The position numbers were made by a program, and so were the translations under genes. A DNA stretch of 64,000 bases, taken from IMG/VR virus record IMGVR_UViG_3300047550_004303, one strand, 5' to 3'. Below are positions 38,156 through 46,244 of the stretch, piece after piece (the stretch's first letter is position 1; every line of letters begins with the position of its first letter). This DNA is from a virus (Duplodnaviria > Heunggongvirae > Uroviricota > Caudoviricetes). The notes beneath the pieces were generated by a model. That model did no database searches and was not told where the DNA came from. It worked only from the letters and a program-made list of their open reading frames with translations.

Positions 38156-39187
38156 TCAAGGGCGAACGCAAGTAGCCCGTGCAAGACTCTTCCAGTTGGA
38201 AGCACTAATCTTCACCAGATCAGCCAGCTTGAGGCACATACGCAGGCTCATCTCACGAATCTTACTACGATTTTCCCACATGAAATCAAGAATTTCAACC
38301 TCTTGTTCCTTAGAGAAATCGTAATCAACGAACAGACCCGGATCAGCATCACGATAGACCTGACGGATGCGGAGCATCTTATCACGATCGGTGTTGATAG
38401 TCAGATCCAGGAAGTGACTGCGAGATTGCAGAGCCTCCATGTGCGGCTGAATCTTACTAGCCCGCTTGTTATCAAAGCTATTGTTGGTGATGAAGATGAT
38501 AGAACCGTTGAAATTGAAAGTGTTAGGAACACCTTCCTCACGCAGAAGACGAGAGTCCTTGTTATAAGAAATACGACGGGTCTTGCCCGAATCCAATGCA
38601 CCCTTCAGAATGTTGATAGCATCCTGATCTTCCCAGATATCGCAATCGTCAAAAACCAGGACATTCTTGGAATCACTATACTTATACAGCAGTGCGAACA
38701 GACCAATCGCAGACATAGTGCCCTTGACAATCTCGAAACGGGGCTTCTTACCAGCCAGCTTATCAAAAAGGCTAGCCTTTTGCAGTTGGGTATGAACACC
38801 ATGCGACTTACCGACACCGGGAGGGCCAGTGACGATCATTGCACGGATATCACCCGCAATGCAAGCACCGCTCATTTCATCAAGGATGCCAAAACGCTCC
38901 TTGATACGATCCATAGCCTGCTCATCAGTCTCAGACACAACTTCGGCAACAGCCTGAGCAACAGGGTGAACCGAAACCTGCTCGGGCATACCGTTGACAT
39001 ATTCAATGTCAGTGATAGCCTCAACCTTGACCTTGACAGACTCAATGTCAATATTGAATTGACCATCATTCTTGACGGTCACGTAGTTGCCAAGCTTGCC
39101 AGTCTGAAAGCCCTTGACGAGGGTAAAGACTTGATTCTTGACGGGTTGGTTGCGATAAGAACCATTGAGAATGCGAATAGTAGACAT
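38156..39187 (-). CDS. AAA+ family ATPase
   Basis: Walker A GPPGVGKSH and Walker B VLVFDDCD. Start at MSTIRIL with the cassette GGAG 8 nt upstream. Confidence 0.6.
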   Translation of the reverse strand: MSTIRILNGSYRNQPVKNQVFTLVKGFQTGKLGNYVTVKNDGQFNIDIESVKVKVEAITDIEYVNGMPEQVSVHPVAQAVAEVVSETDEQAMDRIKERFGILDEMSGACIAGDIRAMIVTGPPGVGKSHGVHTQLQKASLFDKLAGKKPRFEIVKGTMSAIGLFALLYKYSDSKNVLVFDDCDIWEDQDAINILKGALDSGKTRRISYNKDSRLLREEGVPNTFNFNGSIIFITNNSFDNKRASKIQPHMEALQSRSHFLDLTINTDRDKMLRIRQVYRDADPGLFVDYDFSKEQEVEILDFMWENRSKIREMSLRMCLKLADLVKISASNWKSLARATCVRP

Positions 39188-39219
39188 GTGTGCTCCGTGT
39201 TTCAACTGTCTAGAAAGAC

Positions 39220-39248
39220 ATTATATTAGATTGAGGATTTATTGTCAA
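39220..39248 (-). promoter_or_regulatory. sigma70-type early promoter (cassette copy 4)
   Basis: TTGACAATAAATCCTCAATCTAATATAAT with the conserved leader. Confidence 0.6.
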
Positions 39249-39402
39249 GCCTGAACATCACGTTCAAGCTTGGACAACATGCGGGCGATCTTGCGCTGGT
39301 GTTGCTTTGCAACAACACCACGATGCTTGGGGGCGGGGCCGCAGCAAGTGCAGCGCCAGCCACCGGGACCCACATGGGCGTGATGCTTTGCATTGAAAAG
39401 AC
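39245..39402 (-). CDS. small basic Cys-containing protein
   Basis: Start at MKTGLF with an AAGGAG RBS. Contains GPGGWRCTCCGP. Confidence 0.4.
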
Positions 39403-39436
39403 CAGTCTTCATGTCTGTGCTCCTTACTGTGTTCAC

Positions 39437-39465
39437 AGTATATAGCACAGAGGATTTATTGTCAA
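39437..39465 (-). promoter_or_regulatory. sigma70-type promoter
   Basis: TTGACAATAAATCC, 17 nt, TATACT. Confidence 0.5.
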
Positions 39466-39466
39466 A

Positions 39467-40129
39467 TTATAGGACCTTAAAATGAGAAAATTTATGGAAC
39501 TGAAAATCGCTATCGTGATATTTAAATTTGCCTTCTACTGTTATTTCTGACGTAGAAATAGATTTTTCCCAAATTGATAACAAAGGATTTTTCTTACCAA
39601 TCTCAGTCATATAGGCATTGTTATTTGCATCTTTAAACCAATACTCACAAGAAAATCTATTTTTGTGTTTTTTATCAACTTTACCGACATAGGTAAAAGT
39701 ACCTTTAAACTTAAGATTTGTTTTATCTTCACACGTTTTGTTCAAAGACTCGGTTACCTTAAGTACTTCCAAATCTTCATTGTACAGTTTAGGCAAACTT
39801 GTGATCATTGGAATGTCATCAACTAATACCTTTTTTCTATCCGAGGTTAAAAATGTCAGCAAATCTTCTTTGAATTTACTTAGATGTTTGCCCTTAAGTT
39901 TAGCAATGACTAATTTATTTTTGTAAAACTGTTCAATTGCTGATGCTAAAACATAATCGGCATGGGTCAACGCAGAGTCTACGATAGAATCCATGATACC
40001 AAATGTATTGTTATGGCGATACACAGCACAAGATAAAACCAATGTATCTACTTTACTTTCAAAGAAAGTAACCGGCTGACGTTTCGGTTGATAATCTTCA
40101 TTAAAAATATCTACTGTTGTTAGATTCAT
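39467..40129 (-). CDS. hypothetical protein
   Basis: 220-aa ORF. AT-rich composition returns here. Confidence 0.45.
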   Translation of the reverse strand: MNLTTVDIFNEDYQPKRQPVTFFESKVDTLVLSCAVYRHNNTFGIMDSIVDSALTHADYVLASAIEQFYKNKLVIAKLKGKHLSKFKEDLLTFLTSDRKKVLVDDIPMITSLPKLYNEDLEVLKVTESLNKTCEDKTNLKFKGTFTYVGKVDKKHKNRFSCEYWFKDANNNAYMTEIGKKNPLLSIWEKSISTSEITVEGKFKYHDSDFQFHKFSHFKVL

Positions 40130-40138
40130 TACATTGCC

Positions 40139-40594
40139 TCATATAGTTATATCTTCAAGACCAGCAGTTCGTAGTCTTGTGATATGCCCTAACATAAAAT
40201 TTTTGCTTTCTAATCCTTTAAGTAAACCCAAATACTTATTACGTATTAGTGCCACTTCATTTATCAAGATTTCAAAATCGATAACTTCATCTTCACCATC
40301 CGCATATTTTTCTGCATCACGGCTCGATAATTCACGATTATACGCCTCAAGGAATTTTTGAAAATGTTTTCGGCGAATCTTTTTAAGTTGAATATTGAGG
40401 TAATTTAAAACAGCTTCAATTTCTTGAAGCTGGTTAAAACGTTCTTCAGTGATACCGGGTAGATTGGCAATATTTTTTTCAATCTTGCCATATATACCTA
40501 CCTCTTTTCTAGCTTGTTCTAGTTCTTTTTCATAATGCGATATAAAGTCTGGGATAACGGATAGATTTTCCGAAACTTTCGTATGCCAATTCAT
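40139..40594 (-). CDS. hypothetical protein
   Basis: 151-aa ORF. Confidence 0.45.
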   Translation of the reverse strand: MNWHTKVSENLSVIPDFISHYEKELEQARKEVGIYGKIEKNIANLPGITEERFNQLQEIEAVLNYLNIQLKKIRRKHFQKFLEAYNRELSSRDAEKYADGEDEVIDFEILINEVALIRNKYLGLLKGLESKNFMLGHITRLRTAGLEDITI

Positions 40595-40597
40595 GCA

Positions 40598-40843
40598 TCA
40601 CCATTCTTCGTCTTCTTCATCATCTGATTCATCATTTTCAATATCATTAAAATCTTCATCTTGCAAATAGTCTTTCAATGCAGTTAGTACTACTTTGTCC
40701 TTAAAAGATTCTTTGATATCATCGGCATCATAACCATAATCAATAAAAAGACTTACCATATTTTCTGCTACTTCTTTTGTATCGTTTTGGTTAAGATGAG
40801 ACTTTACTAAATCCCAAAGTTCGTTAGCAATCATCAAACTCAT
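40598..40843 (-). CDS. hypothetical acidic protein
   Basis: 81 aa with a poly-D/E C-terminus. ATGA overlap with uvsX. Confidence 0.4.
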   Translation of the reverse strand: MSLMIANELWDLVKSHLNQNDTKEVAENMVSLFIDYGYDADDIKESFKDKVVLTALKDYLQDEDFNDIENDESDDEEDEEW

Positions 40844-41898
40844 TCTGGTGCCTCCTCAAATGTAGTATTTACATTTGCATCCAATTTTTTAAATGCTAAC
40901 ATTACTTTGTCTAGACAACCATCTTCGTTCTTTTCCCATGCCTTGCGAAACTTTTTGATACTTGTACCATCTGGAAACACAGCCTTAAGACTATTGCCAT
41001 CCTTTTGCAGGATACTTTTTCCTTCAAACATATCAACAAGTCCGCTATGAGGATTCATACCAGTTTCATATGGAATTTTGATTTGTACACTTTCAAATGG
41101 CTTTGCGTATCGTGTTTTCATGATCTTACATGCACTACGAATACCACGTACTTCTGTAATCTTATTGCCTTCTTCATCTTCCTTTAGCTTCAACTTACGC
41201 ATTGCTACCACAATAGAACTTGCGTAAATAAAACCTTGACCTCCGCTGATCTTATCATCAGGGTCAAACATGTCTTGACTTGCATATGTGTGATTAGTAG
41301 CAACCAAACCAATATTTAGATCACCGAACATGTTGACGCAATTGCGAACCAATGCAGTTAGTGCCTTAGGCTTTCTACCCATATCACCCTTCAGATCACC
41401 ACTTTCAAACTGATTTACATCAGTAGGTGTCAACAGCATACCTAGACTGTCCAACACAAACAATACCTTTGGACGTTCGGCTTCTGGGATTACCTTATAT
41501 TCTTTGACGAATTCACTGATAAGTTTAGCCACGTCATCAATCATTGCCATATTAATCTTCAGCAATTTATTTTCTGATGTATCAACATCAAGATTGCGTA
41601 GCCACTGTTCATCAAGTGCGTTTTCACTGTCAATAAGAATTACATAGATTCCTTGTTCTTGTGCGTTTCTAATTAGATTGCCAGAACAGATGAAACTTTT
41701 TCCTGATCCTGATTCACCTGCAAAGACAGTAACCTTGCCAAGAGGAATGCCCTTATTGTAATCACCTGAGATTAGATAATTCAATGCATGATTACCAGTT
41801 GAAATCCAATCGGTTGGATCGTTGAATCCAAGGCTAATGCCATCGATAGATTTAGTTATTGATTTACGAAATTTTGATAGGTCAAAGGGCTTTGTCAT
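40840..41898 (-). CDS. uvsX: RecA-family recombinase (UvsX-like)
   Basis: Walker A GESGSGKS and a RecA core layout. 352 aa. Confidence 0.7.
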   Translation of the reverse strand: MTKPFDLSKFRKSITKSIDGISLGFNDPTDWISTGNHALNYLISGDYNKGIPLGKVTVFAGESGSGKSFICSGNLIRNAQEQGIYVILIDSENALDEQWLRNLDVDTSENKLLKINMAMIDDVAKLISEFVKEYKVIPEAERPKVLFVLDSLGMLLTPTDVNQFESGDLKGDMGRKPKALTALVRNCVNMFGDLNIGLVATNHTYASQDMFDPDDKISGGQGFIYASSIVVAMRKLKLKEDEEGNKITEVRGIRSACKIMKTRYAKPFESVQIKIPYETGMNPHSGLVDMFEGKSILQKDGNSLKAVFPDGTSIKKFRKAWEKNEDGCLDKVMLAFKKLDANVNTTFEEAPE

Positions 41899-41909
41899 TT
41901 ATTCTCCAT

Positions 41910-42137
41910 TCATTTAATTCCTGTATGATAAAAGTTTAAAACTTGTTTATCAAGATATTCTGGACAGGTATCTGCAATACGTTCAAGTTCATGTTCACTT
42001 GGATAATGACGTAATGCACCACGAGCCCTTTCACGTACAATACTAGGGACCCTAGGTGTTTTACCTGGATCGCATAATTCTTCTAATAGTTTTCGTCCCT
42101 GTTTTAAGGAACGAAACCTTTCATTTGGTAATGTCAT
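41910..42137 (-). CDS. hypothetical protein
   Basis: 75-aa ORF. Confidence 0.35.
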   Translation of the reverse strand: MTLPNERFRSLKQGRKLLEELCDPGKTPRVPSIVRERARGALRHYPSEHELERIADTCPEYLDKQVLNFYHTGIK

Positions 42138-42162
42138 AATTTACTCCTTAAATATTAAGTAA

Positions 42163-42184
42163 AGGGAGATTAATCTCCCTTTAA
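42163..42184 (-). terminator. hairpin/possible terminator after the SSB gene
   Basis: Perfect 11-bp palindrome AAAGGGAGATT/AATCTCCCTTT, followed by a U-rich tract on the minus strand. Confidence 0.4.
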
Positions 42185-42188
42185 TCAT

Positions 42189-43172
42189 TTAAGCAACTTT
42201 TGTTTGTCTTGCCTTGATCATGGCCAATATGTCACTGGCCTTATCACTAGAAACAGTTGCACTTGGAACCTTCACTGGTTGTTTAGAAACAACTGGTTCC
42301 TGTACAGAAGTGTCTTCGTCTTCATCTGCTACTTGTTTGTTCTGAGGAACATTTGATGTTGATGAATTAGAAGCACTTGGGCTATTAACTCCAAATGGAC
42401 GATAGTAATTACCCCAACGATTTGGGTCATATTGTTCACCGTTTACCGATGCATCAAACATTTCCTTGATGATTGCAAGTTCTGATTGAGTTGGCTTCTT
42501 AGGAAGAAGATCGGTTAGATTGTAAAGTCCTTGTGTTTCAATAGCCTGACGTTCTGCATCTGTAAGAGCAGATTCACGCCTTGCCCAACTGCTAGTACCA
42601 TAATCAGCATAGCCGCCCTTTGAAGTCTTCTTGATATGAAAATCAAGACCACGTTCATAGTGAGTTGGCAGTTCTAGAATTTCTGGATCTACTAGACCTG
42701 ACTTAATGATAGTGATAAGTTGAGGGCTGATGATAAACTTACGAATCGTGTTTGCAGGACTCTTATCATCTTGTAGAGGATTTTGATGTACAAATCCCTG
42801 AAAGAGATAACTACGCTTTTTCCAATACTTGTTTGCCATTTCCTTAAGTGATTCATCTTTGTACCAAGGACGAACTTCAGCTAGAATTGGGCATGATTCT
42901 CCGTACATCTCCATACATGGAACTGTAACTTCAACACGCTTCATTTCGGGTTGACCCTTGACTCCGTTGAATGGAAGTTTGATTAGCGCACGTTCTACCC
43001 AGAAAAATTCATTCTTTTCGTTTCCGTCTTGTAGGAATCTTAGTGAGGCAGTTGTACCTTCGGGGATATTCCAATGTAGATAAATTGCATTATCTGACTC
43101 ACGATTGGAATTTTGTTGTGATTTGTTTTCTTGTTGAGCGATTCTTGCTCGTAGTTCGGCTAAGCTTGGCAT
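42189..43172 (-). CDS. gp32: ssDNA-binding protein (gp32-like)
   Basis: LRFL-type core, Cys/His cluster (CMEMYGESC) and an acidic C-terminal tail. A 160-nt structured leader precedes it. Confidence 0.55.
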   Translation of the reverse strand: MPSLAELRARIAQQENKSQQNSNRESDNAIYLHWNIPEGTTASLRFLQDGNEKNEFFWVERALIKLPFNGVKGQPEMKRVEVTVPCMEMYGESCPILAEVRPWYKDESLKEMANKYWKKRSYLFQGFVHQNPLQDDKSPANTIRKFIISPQLITIIKSGLVDPEILELPTHYERGLDFHIKKTSKGGYADYGTSSWARRESALTDAERQAIETQGLYNLTDLLPKKPTQSELAIIKEMFDASVNGEQYDPNRWGNYYRPFGVNSPSASNSSTSNVPQNKQVADEDEDTSVQEPVVSKQPVKVPSATVSSDKASDILAMIKARQTKVA

Positions 43173-43282
43173 CTTGTTTTACTCCTTAAAAAAAATGAGA
43201 TGGTCTCTGTTGAATATAGTCGTCACAAGCCACTGTGACTAACTTCTCGTAAGTATTACATACTCACAGCGAGAAATCAATG

Positions 43283-43291
43283 TATTTATCA
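43283..43291 (-). promoter_or_regulatory. late-promoter-like motif TGATAAATA
   Basis: Located in the gp32 leader. Confidence 0.35.
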
Positions 43292-43304
43292 TGGATATGG
43301 TAAA

Positions 43305-43328
43305 CCGCACATTTTTGTGCGGTTTTTT
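43305..43328. terminator. intrinsic terminator
   Basis: CCGCACA, TTTT loop, TGTGCGG, then TTTTTT on the plus strand. Lies directly after the stop of the 959-aa gene. Confidence 0.5.
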
Positions 43329-43334
43329 ATGAGT

Positions 43335-46214
43335 TTATTTACCCATTAATTTTTTGAGTGCATCAAGGTCTTCTTGCCCTTCCGCCACACCTTTTTTTAC
43401 AGGTCTTGCCCAATTTAGTGATAGGCTTTGAGTCCTAAATGTTTTCTTGGCCTGTTCTTTTGCTTTAGAGATAGCTTCCTCTTTAGAAGATGCCTTTACT
43501 TTAACACTGTCTGATTGATGTGGACCATGTTCAAAACTTACTTCCCATTCTTGTTCCATGCCTTCCGCCATACCTTGCCCCAAATGTTGTTTCATCGCTT
43601 CCAGTGCTTTTTCTTTGCTCTCAAAGCCTTCTTTAGTTTTGGCTGACGTATTGATAAAGAATCCCCAACTACCTGATTTAGTTTGAAATAATTCACCAAC
43701 ATCTTTGCCATTACGTCTTACCGGTGTTGAATGTGATATAGATCCTGGACCGGCTGAGGGGTTAGGATCATCGGTGCCTTCCGCCACACCTTCTCTTCTT
43801 TCATTCCATTCACTGGCATATAATTTTGAAGTAGGATCTTCGTTAGAATAATTATAAACAATATATGTTCCATAATCATTTTTAGGAACATTAGTTTCAA
43901 GACCTTCACTGTTCATCCATTCTTCAAAAGCCTCGGCACGGTCTTTTGAAATATATACTAGGTCTTGCTCAGAGCCTTCCGCCACACCTTCCTCTTTCTT
44001 TCGACCAAAATAATCGTGACCGGGGTCAGGTTTCTTTAACCCAGAACCGCCACAATCAGGGCATTTAACTCTTATTGCACCTTTTTTATTATCTTTAGTT
44101 AATTTTCCATCTAAACTGTACATAAACTTATGACCACTACACTTAATACAATTCCAGTTAGTGTGTGGTAAAGTTGCTCCCGGCATATAATCACTAGCAC
44201 TTAGACTACCAGGCAAGCCTTCCGCCACACCTCGCTGACCTGACCAAGGTATTGCCTTAAATCTATTTCTAGTCCATAATGCTATATCTTTAGCGTCACG
44301 CTCTAAATTAAATATTTCGGCTTCTTCTGGATTTCTAGTAGAAAGATTTCTACCAAACTTATCCATGCCTTTATAATAATTTCCACGGTAATCAACAAGA
44401 ACATATTTCATACCTTCTACTATTTTAGTCACAATAAAGTGAGGATATTTTTTTGCAAATTTTTCTTTTGCTTTTTGTTCATTGGATGCAAGTATTCCTA
44501 CATCTCCAGTACCAGCGTCAAATCCCTTACCTGTTTTATAGTAAATAACAAACAGTGTTTTATTAGTCGAGCCTTCCGCCACACCTTGCTCTACACTTTC
44601 ATTGGCACCAACTAGTTTACCTCTGGCACCACTATTTTTCTTAACCTTTTCAGTTGGTCCAAGTTGACCAACACGTTTTTGTTCTGGTCCCAAACCTTCT
44701 TCATCTAACTTATCATATTTGGCGCGAATCTTTGCCATCTTTTCTTTGCTCGCACCTTCACGACCTGCTTTGCGTAATGAATCCATGCCGTCTTTGCCGT
44801 ATTTCTTGTTTCCTAAATACGCCTGCAGTCCACTTTCTTCAACTTCTTCTTCAGATAAACTAGAATTTCTGCCAGCATTGACTTTTCTAGCCGCAGCAAT
44901 TAATTTTTGAACTTCTTCATCACTCATCATTCTTGCCATTGATGGTTTACCATGTTGAGCGGTTGTAGGAACTCCCATATCTCTCTGTAGTTTTAGTAAT
45001 AATTGTTTATCATTTGGGGCCAGCTTGTCTAATACAGCCTTCCCCACACTTTTTAATGTGTCAGCAAACCAACCTTCATTTACACTGTCTTCTTCTAAAT
45101 CAAATGACTTTAAATTAGACTTTGCTGTAGATTGGTTATGTGCTAATGTTTCTGCACCTGGTGCTTCAAGTAAACCATTAGCCCATTCTTCTAGTTCTTT
45201 AACTTCTTTTACTTCACTTAAATTTTTACTCAATTTAGAAAGAATAGGCATTACACTTTCAATTCTTGGATCTAATGTCTCTTGAACAAACAATTCATTG
45301 ATGGAAGTTTCATCACCATCAGTCTCCATTAATGTAGGAGTCCAACTTTCAAAATAACTATTGTATCCACGATTACCACGCATCTTACCTAATGTTTCTC
45401 TTAATGAAACATAATGGTTCAATCCTGCTTCTACTAACTTCTGTGCTGATTCATTGAATTGATTTCCACGAACTGCACGAACAAACCCTGCCATTTTGCT
45501 ATATTCTTCACATAATGATTTGATGTGATTCCAACGTTCATCATTAACACTACCGCCTTCTGCTAAATGTCTAGCATATACTTGTGCAATGCCAGGCTTT
45601 ACAGTGGGTGCTAAAAATCTTTCACCTTGGGTATTCTCTAAATAAATTCTTGCAACATTACGATAACGTTGTTCACCTTCTTGGATTTGCCTTGAATGTT
45701 GTAAAATTATTTTTACAGTAGGAATGTTATCATTATAACTACTGTTTTTCCCCATAGCATAATAGCCTTCACTTATGTTTGGCATGGTTGTTCCTTTGTT
45801 CATCAATTTCTTTTTACTTTCAGCAACTTCTTGCTTCTTAACATAATCTCTTTGTGCCATATCACTGTGTAAATGATCTTTGTTTTCTAAATCAAAACCC
45901 ATTTGTCTACGTTGTGCCCACATTTTTAGATACTTTAAAAAGTTGGTCCAACTCATATTTACATCATCTACTCCACCTACTTCTTCGCTAACAACCTCAT
46001 CATCATAATAAACTGTTAATGTGTTGTTTCCGTCAATAGTTGCATATGCTGTACCTTTAACTTGATTGTCATGTTTAAAGGTGAATTTAAATACATCTGC
46101 ATCATCGGGCACTGGACTAGTTTCTCCAGTAGCATCTTTTGGAATAGGATCGAATCCTCTAGTTTTTAGCAAACTATACAGTTCTTTGTTTAGTGATTCA
46201 TTGTTTTTTGGCAT
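43335..46214 (-). CDS. large protein with six C-terminal GVAEG-delimited modules; putative internal-head polyprotein
   Basis: 959 aa. Sites QGVAEG, RGVAEG, EGVAEG, EGVAEG, QGMAEG and KGVAEG lie in the last 410 aa, and one module carries a CxxC...CPDC zinc ribbon. TGATAAATA lies 21 nt upstream. Confidence 0.55.
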   Translation of the reverse strand: MPKNNESLNKELYSLLKTRGFDPIPKDATGETSPVPDDADVFKFTFKHDNQVKGTAYATIDGNNTLTVYYDDEVVSEEVGGVDDVNMSWTNFLKYLKMWAQRRQMGFDLENKDHLHSDMAQRDYVKKQEVAESKKKLMNKGTTMPNISEGYYAMGKNSSYNDNIPTVKIILQHSRQIQEGEQRYRNVARIYLENTQGERFLAPTVKPGIAQVYARHLAEGGSVNDERWNHIKSLCEEYSKMAGFVRAVRGNQFNESAQKLVEAGLNHYVSLRETLGKMRGNRGYNSYFESWTPTLMETDGDETSINELFVQETLDPRIESVMPILSKLSKNLSEVKEVKELEEWANGLLEAPGAETLAHNQSTAKSNLKSFDLEEDSVNEGWFADTLKSVGKAVLDKLAPNDKQLLLKLQRDMGVPTTAQHGKPSMARMMSDEEVQKLIAAARKVNAGRNSSLSEEEVEESGLQAYLGNKKYGKDGMDSLRKAGREGASKEKMAKIRAKYDKLDEEGLGPEQKRVGQLGPTEKVKKNSGARGKLVGANESVEQGVAEGSTNKTLFVIYYKTGKGFDAGTGDVGILASNEQKAKEKFAKKYPHFIVTKIVEGMKYVLVDYRGNYYKGMDKFGRNLSTRNPEEAEIFNLERDAKDIALWTRNRFKAIPWSGQRGVAEGLPGSLSASDYMPGATLPHTNWNCIKCSGHKFMYSLDGKLTKDNKKGAIRVKCPDCGGSGLKKPDPGHDYFGRKKEEGVAEGSEQDLVYISKDRAEAFEEWMNSEGLETNVPKNDYGTYIVYNYSNEDPTSKLYASEWNERREGVAEGTDDPNPSAGPGSISHSTPVRRNGKDVGELFQTKSGSWGFFINTSAKTKEGFESKEKALEAMKQHLGQGMAEGMEQEWEVSFEHGPHQSDSVKVKASSKEEAISKAKEQAKKTFRTQSLSLNWARPVKKGVAEGQEDLDALKKLMGK
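43377..44585 (-). repeat. six dispersed copies of the 15-nt motif gccttccgccacacc (coding G-V-A-E-G)
   Basis: Exact motif at 43377, 43786, 43974, 44217 and 44571. One variant (gccttccgccatacc) at 43561. Confidence 0.75.
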
Positions 46215-46235
46215 AAAATCTCTTAGTAATAAATC

Positions 46236-46244
46236 TATTTATCA
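46236..46244 (-). promoter_or_regulatory. late-promoter-like motif TGATAAATA
   Basis: 21 nt upstream of the 959-aa ORF. Overlaps the terL stop. Confidence 0.4.

Noticed and set aside
38121-38160. Fifth copy of the promoter cassette upstream of ORF 37907..38098.
   Set aside because: The -35 is ATGTCA and the -10 is TCACAC, a degenerate or decayed copy. The same stretch carries TGATAAATAC, so I did not call it a promoter.
33548-39250. Four near-identical 55-bp repeats that could be mistaken for a CRISPR array or for terminal repeats of a mobile element.
   Set aside because: Spacing is irregular (1.2 kb, 0.27 kb, 4.1 kb). Each contains a complete -35, 17-bp spacer and -10 promoter plus an RBS feeding a downstream ORF. 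There are no spacer-like unique segments and no cas genes.
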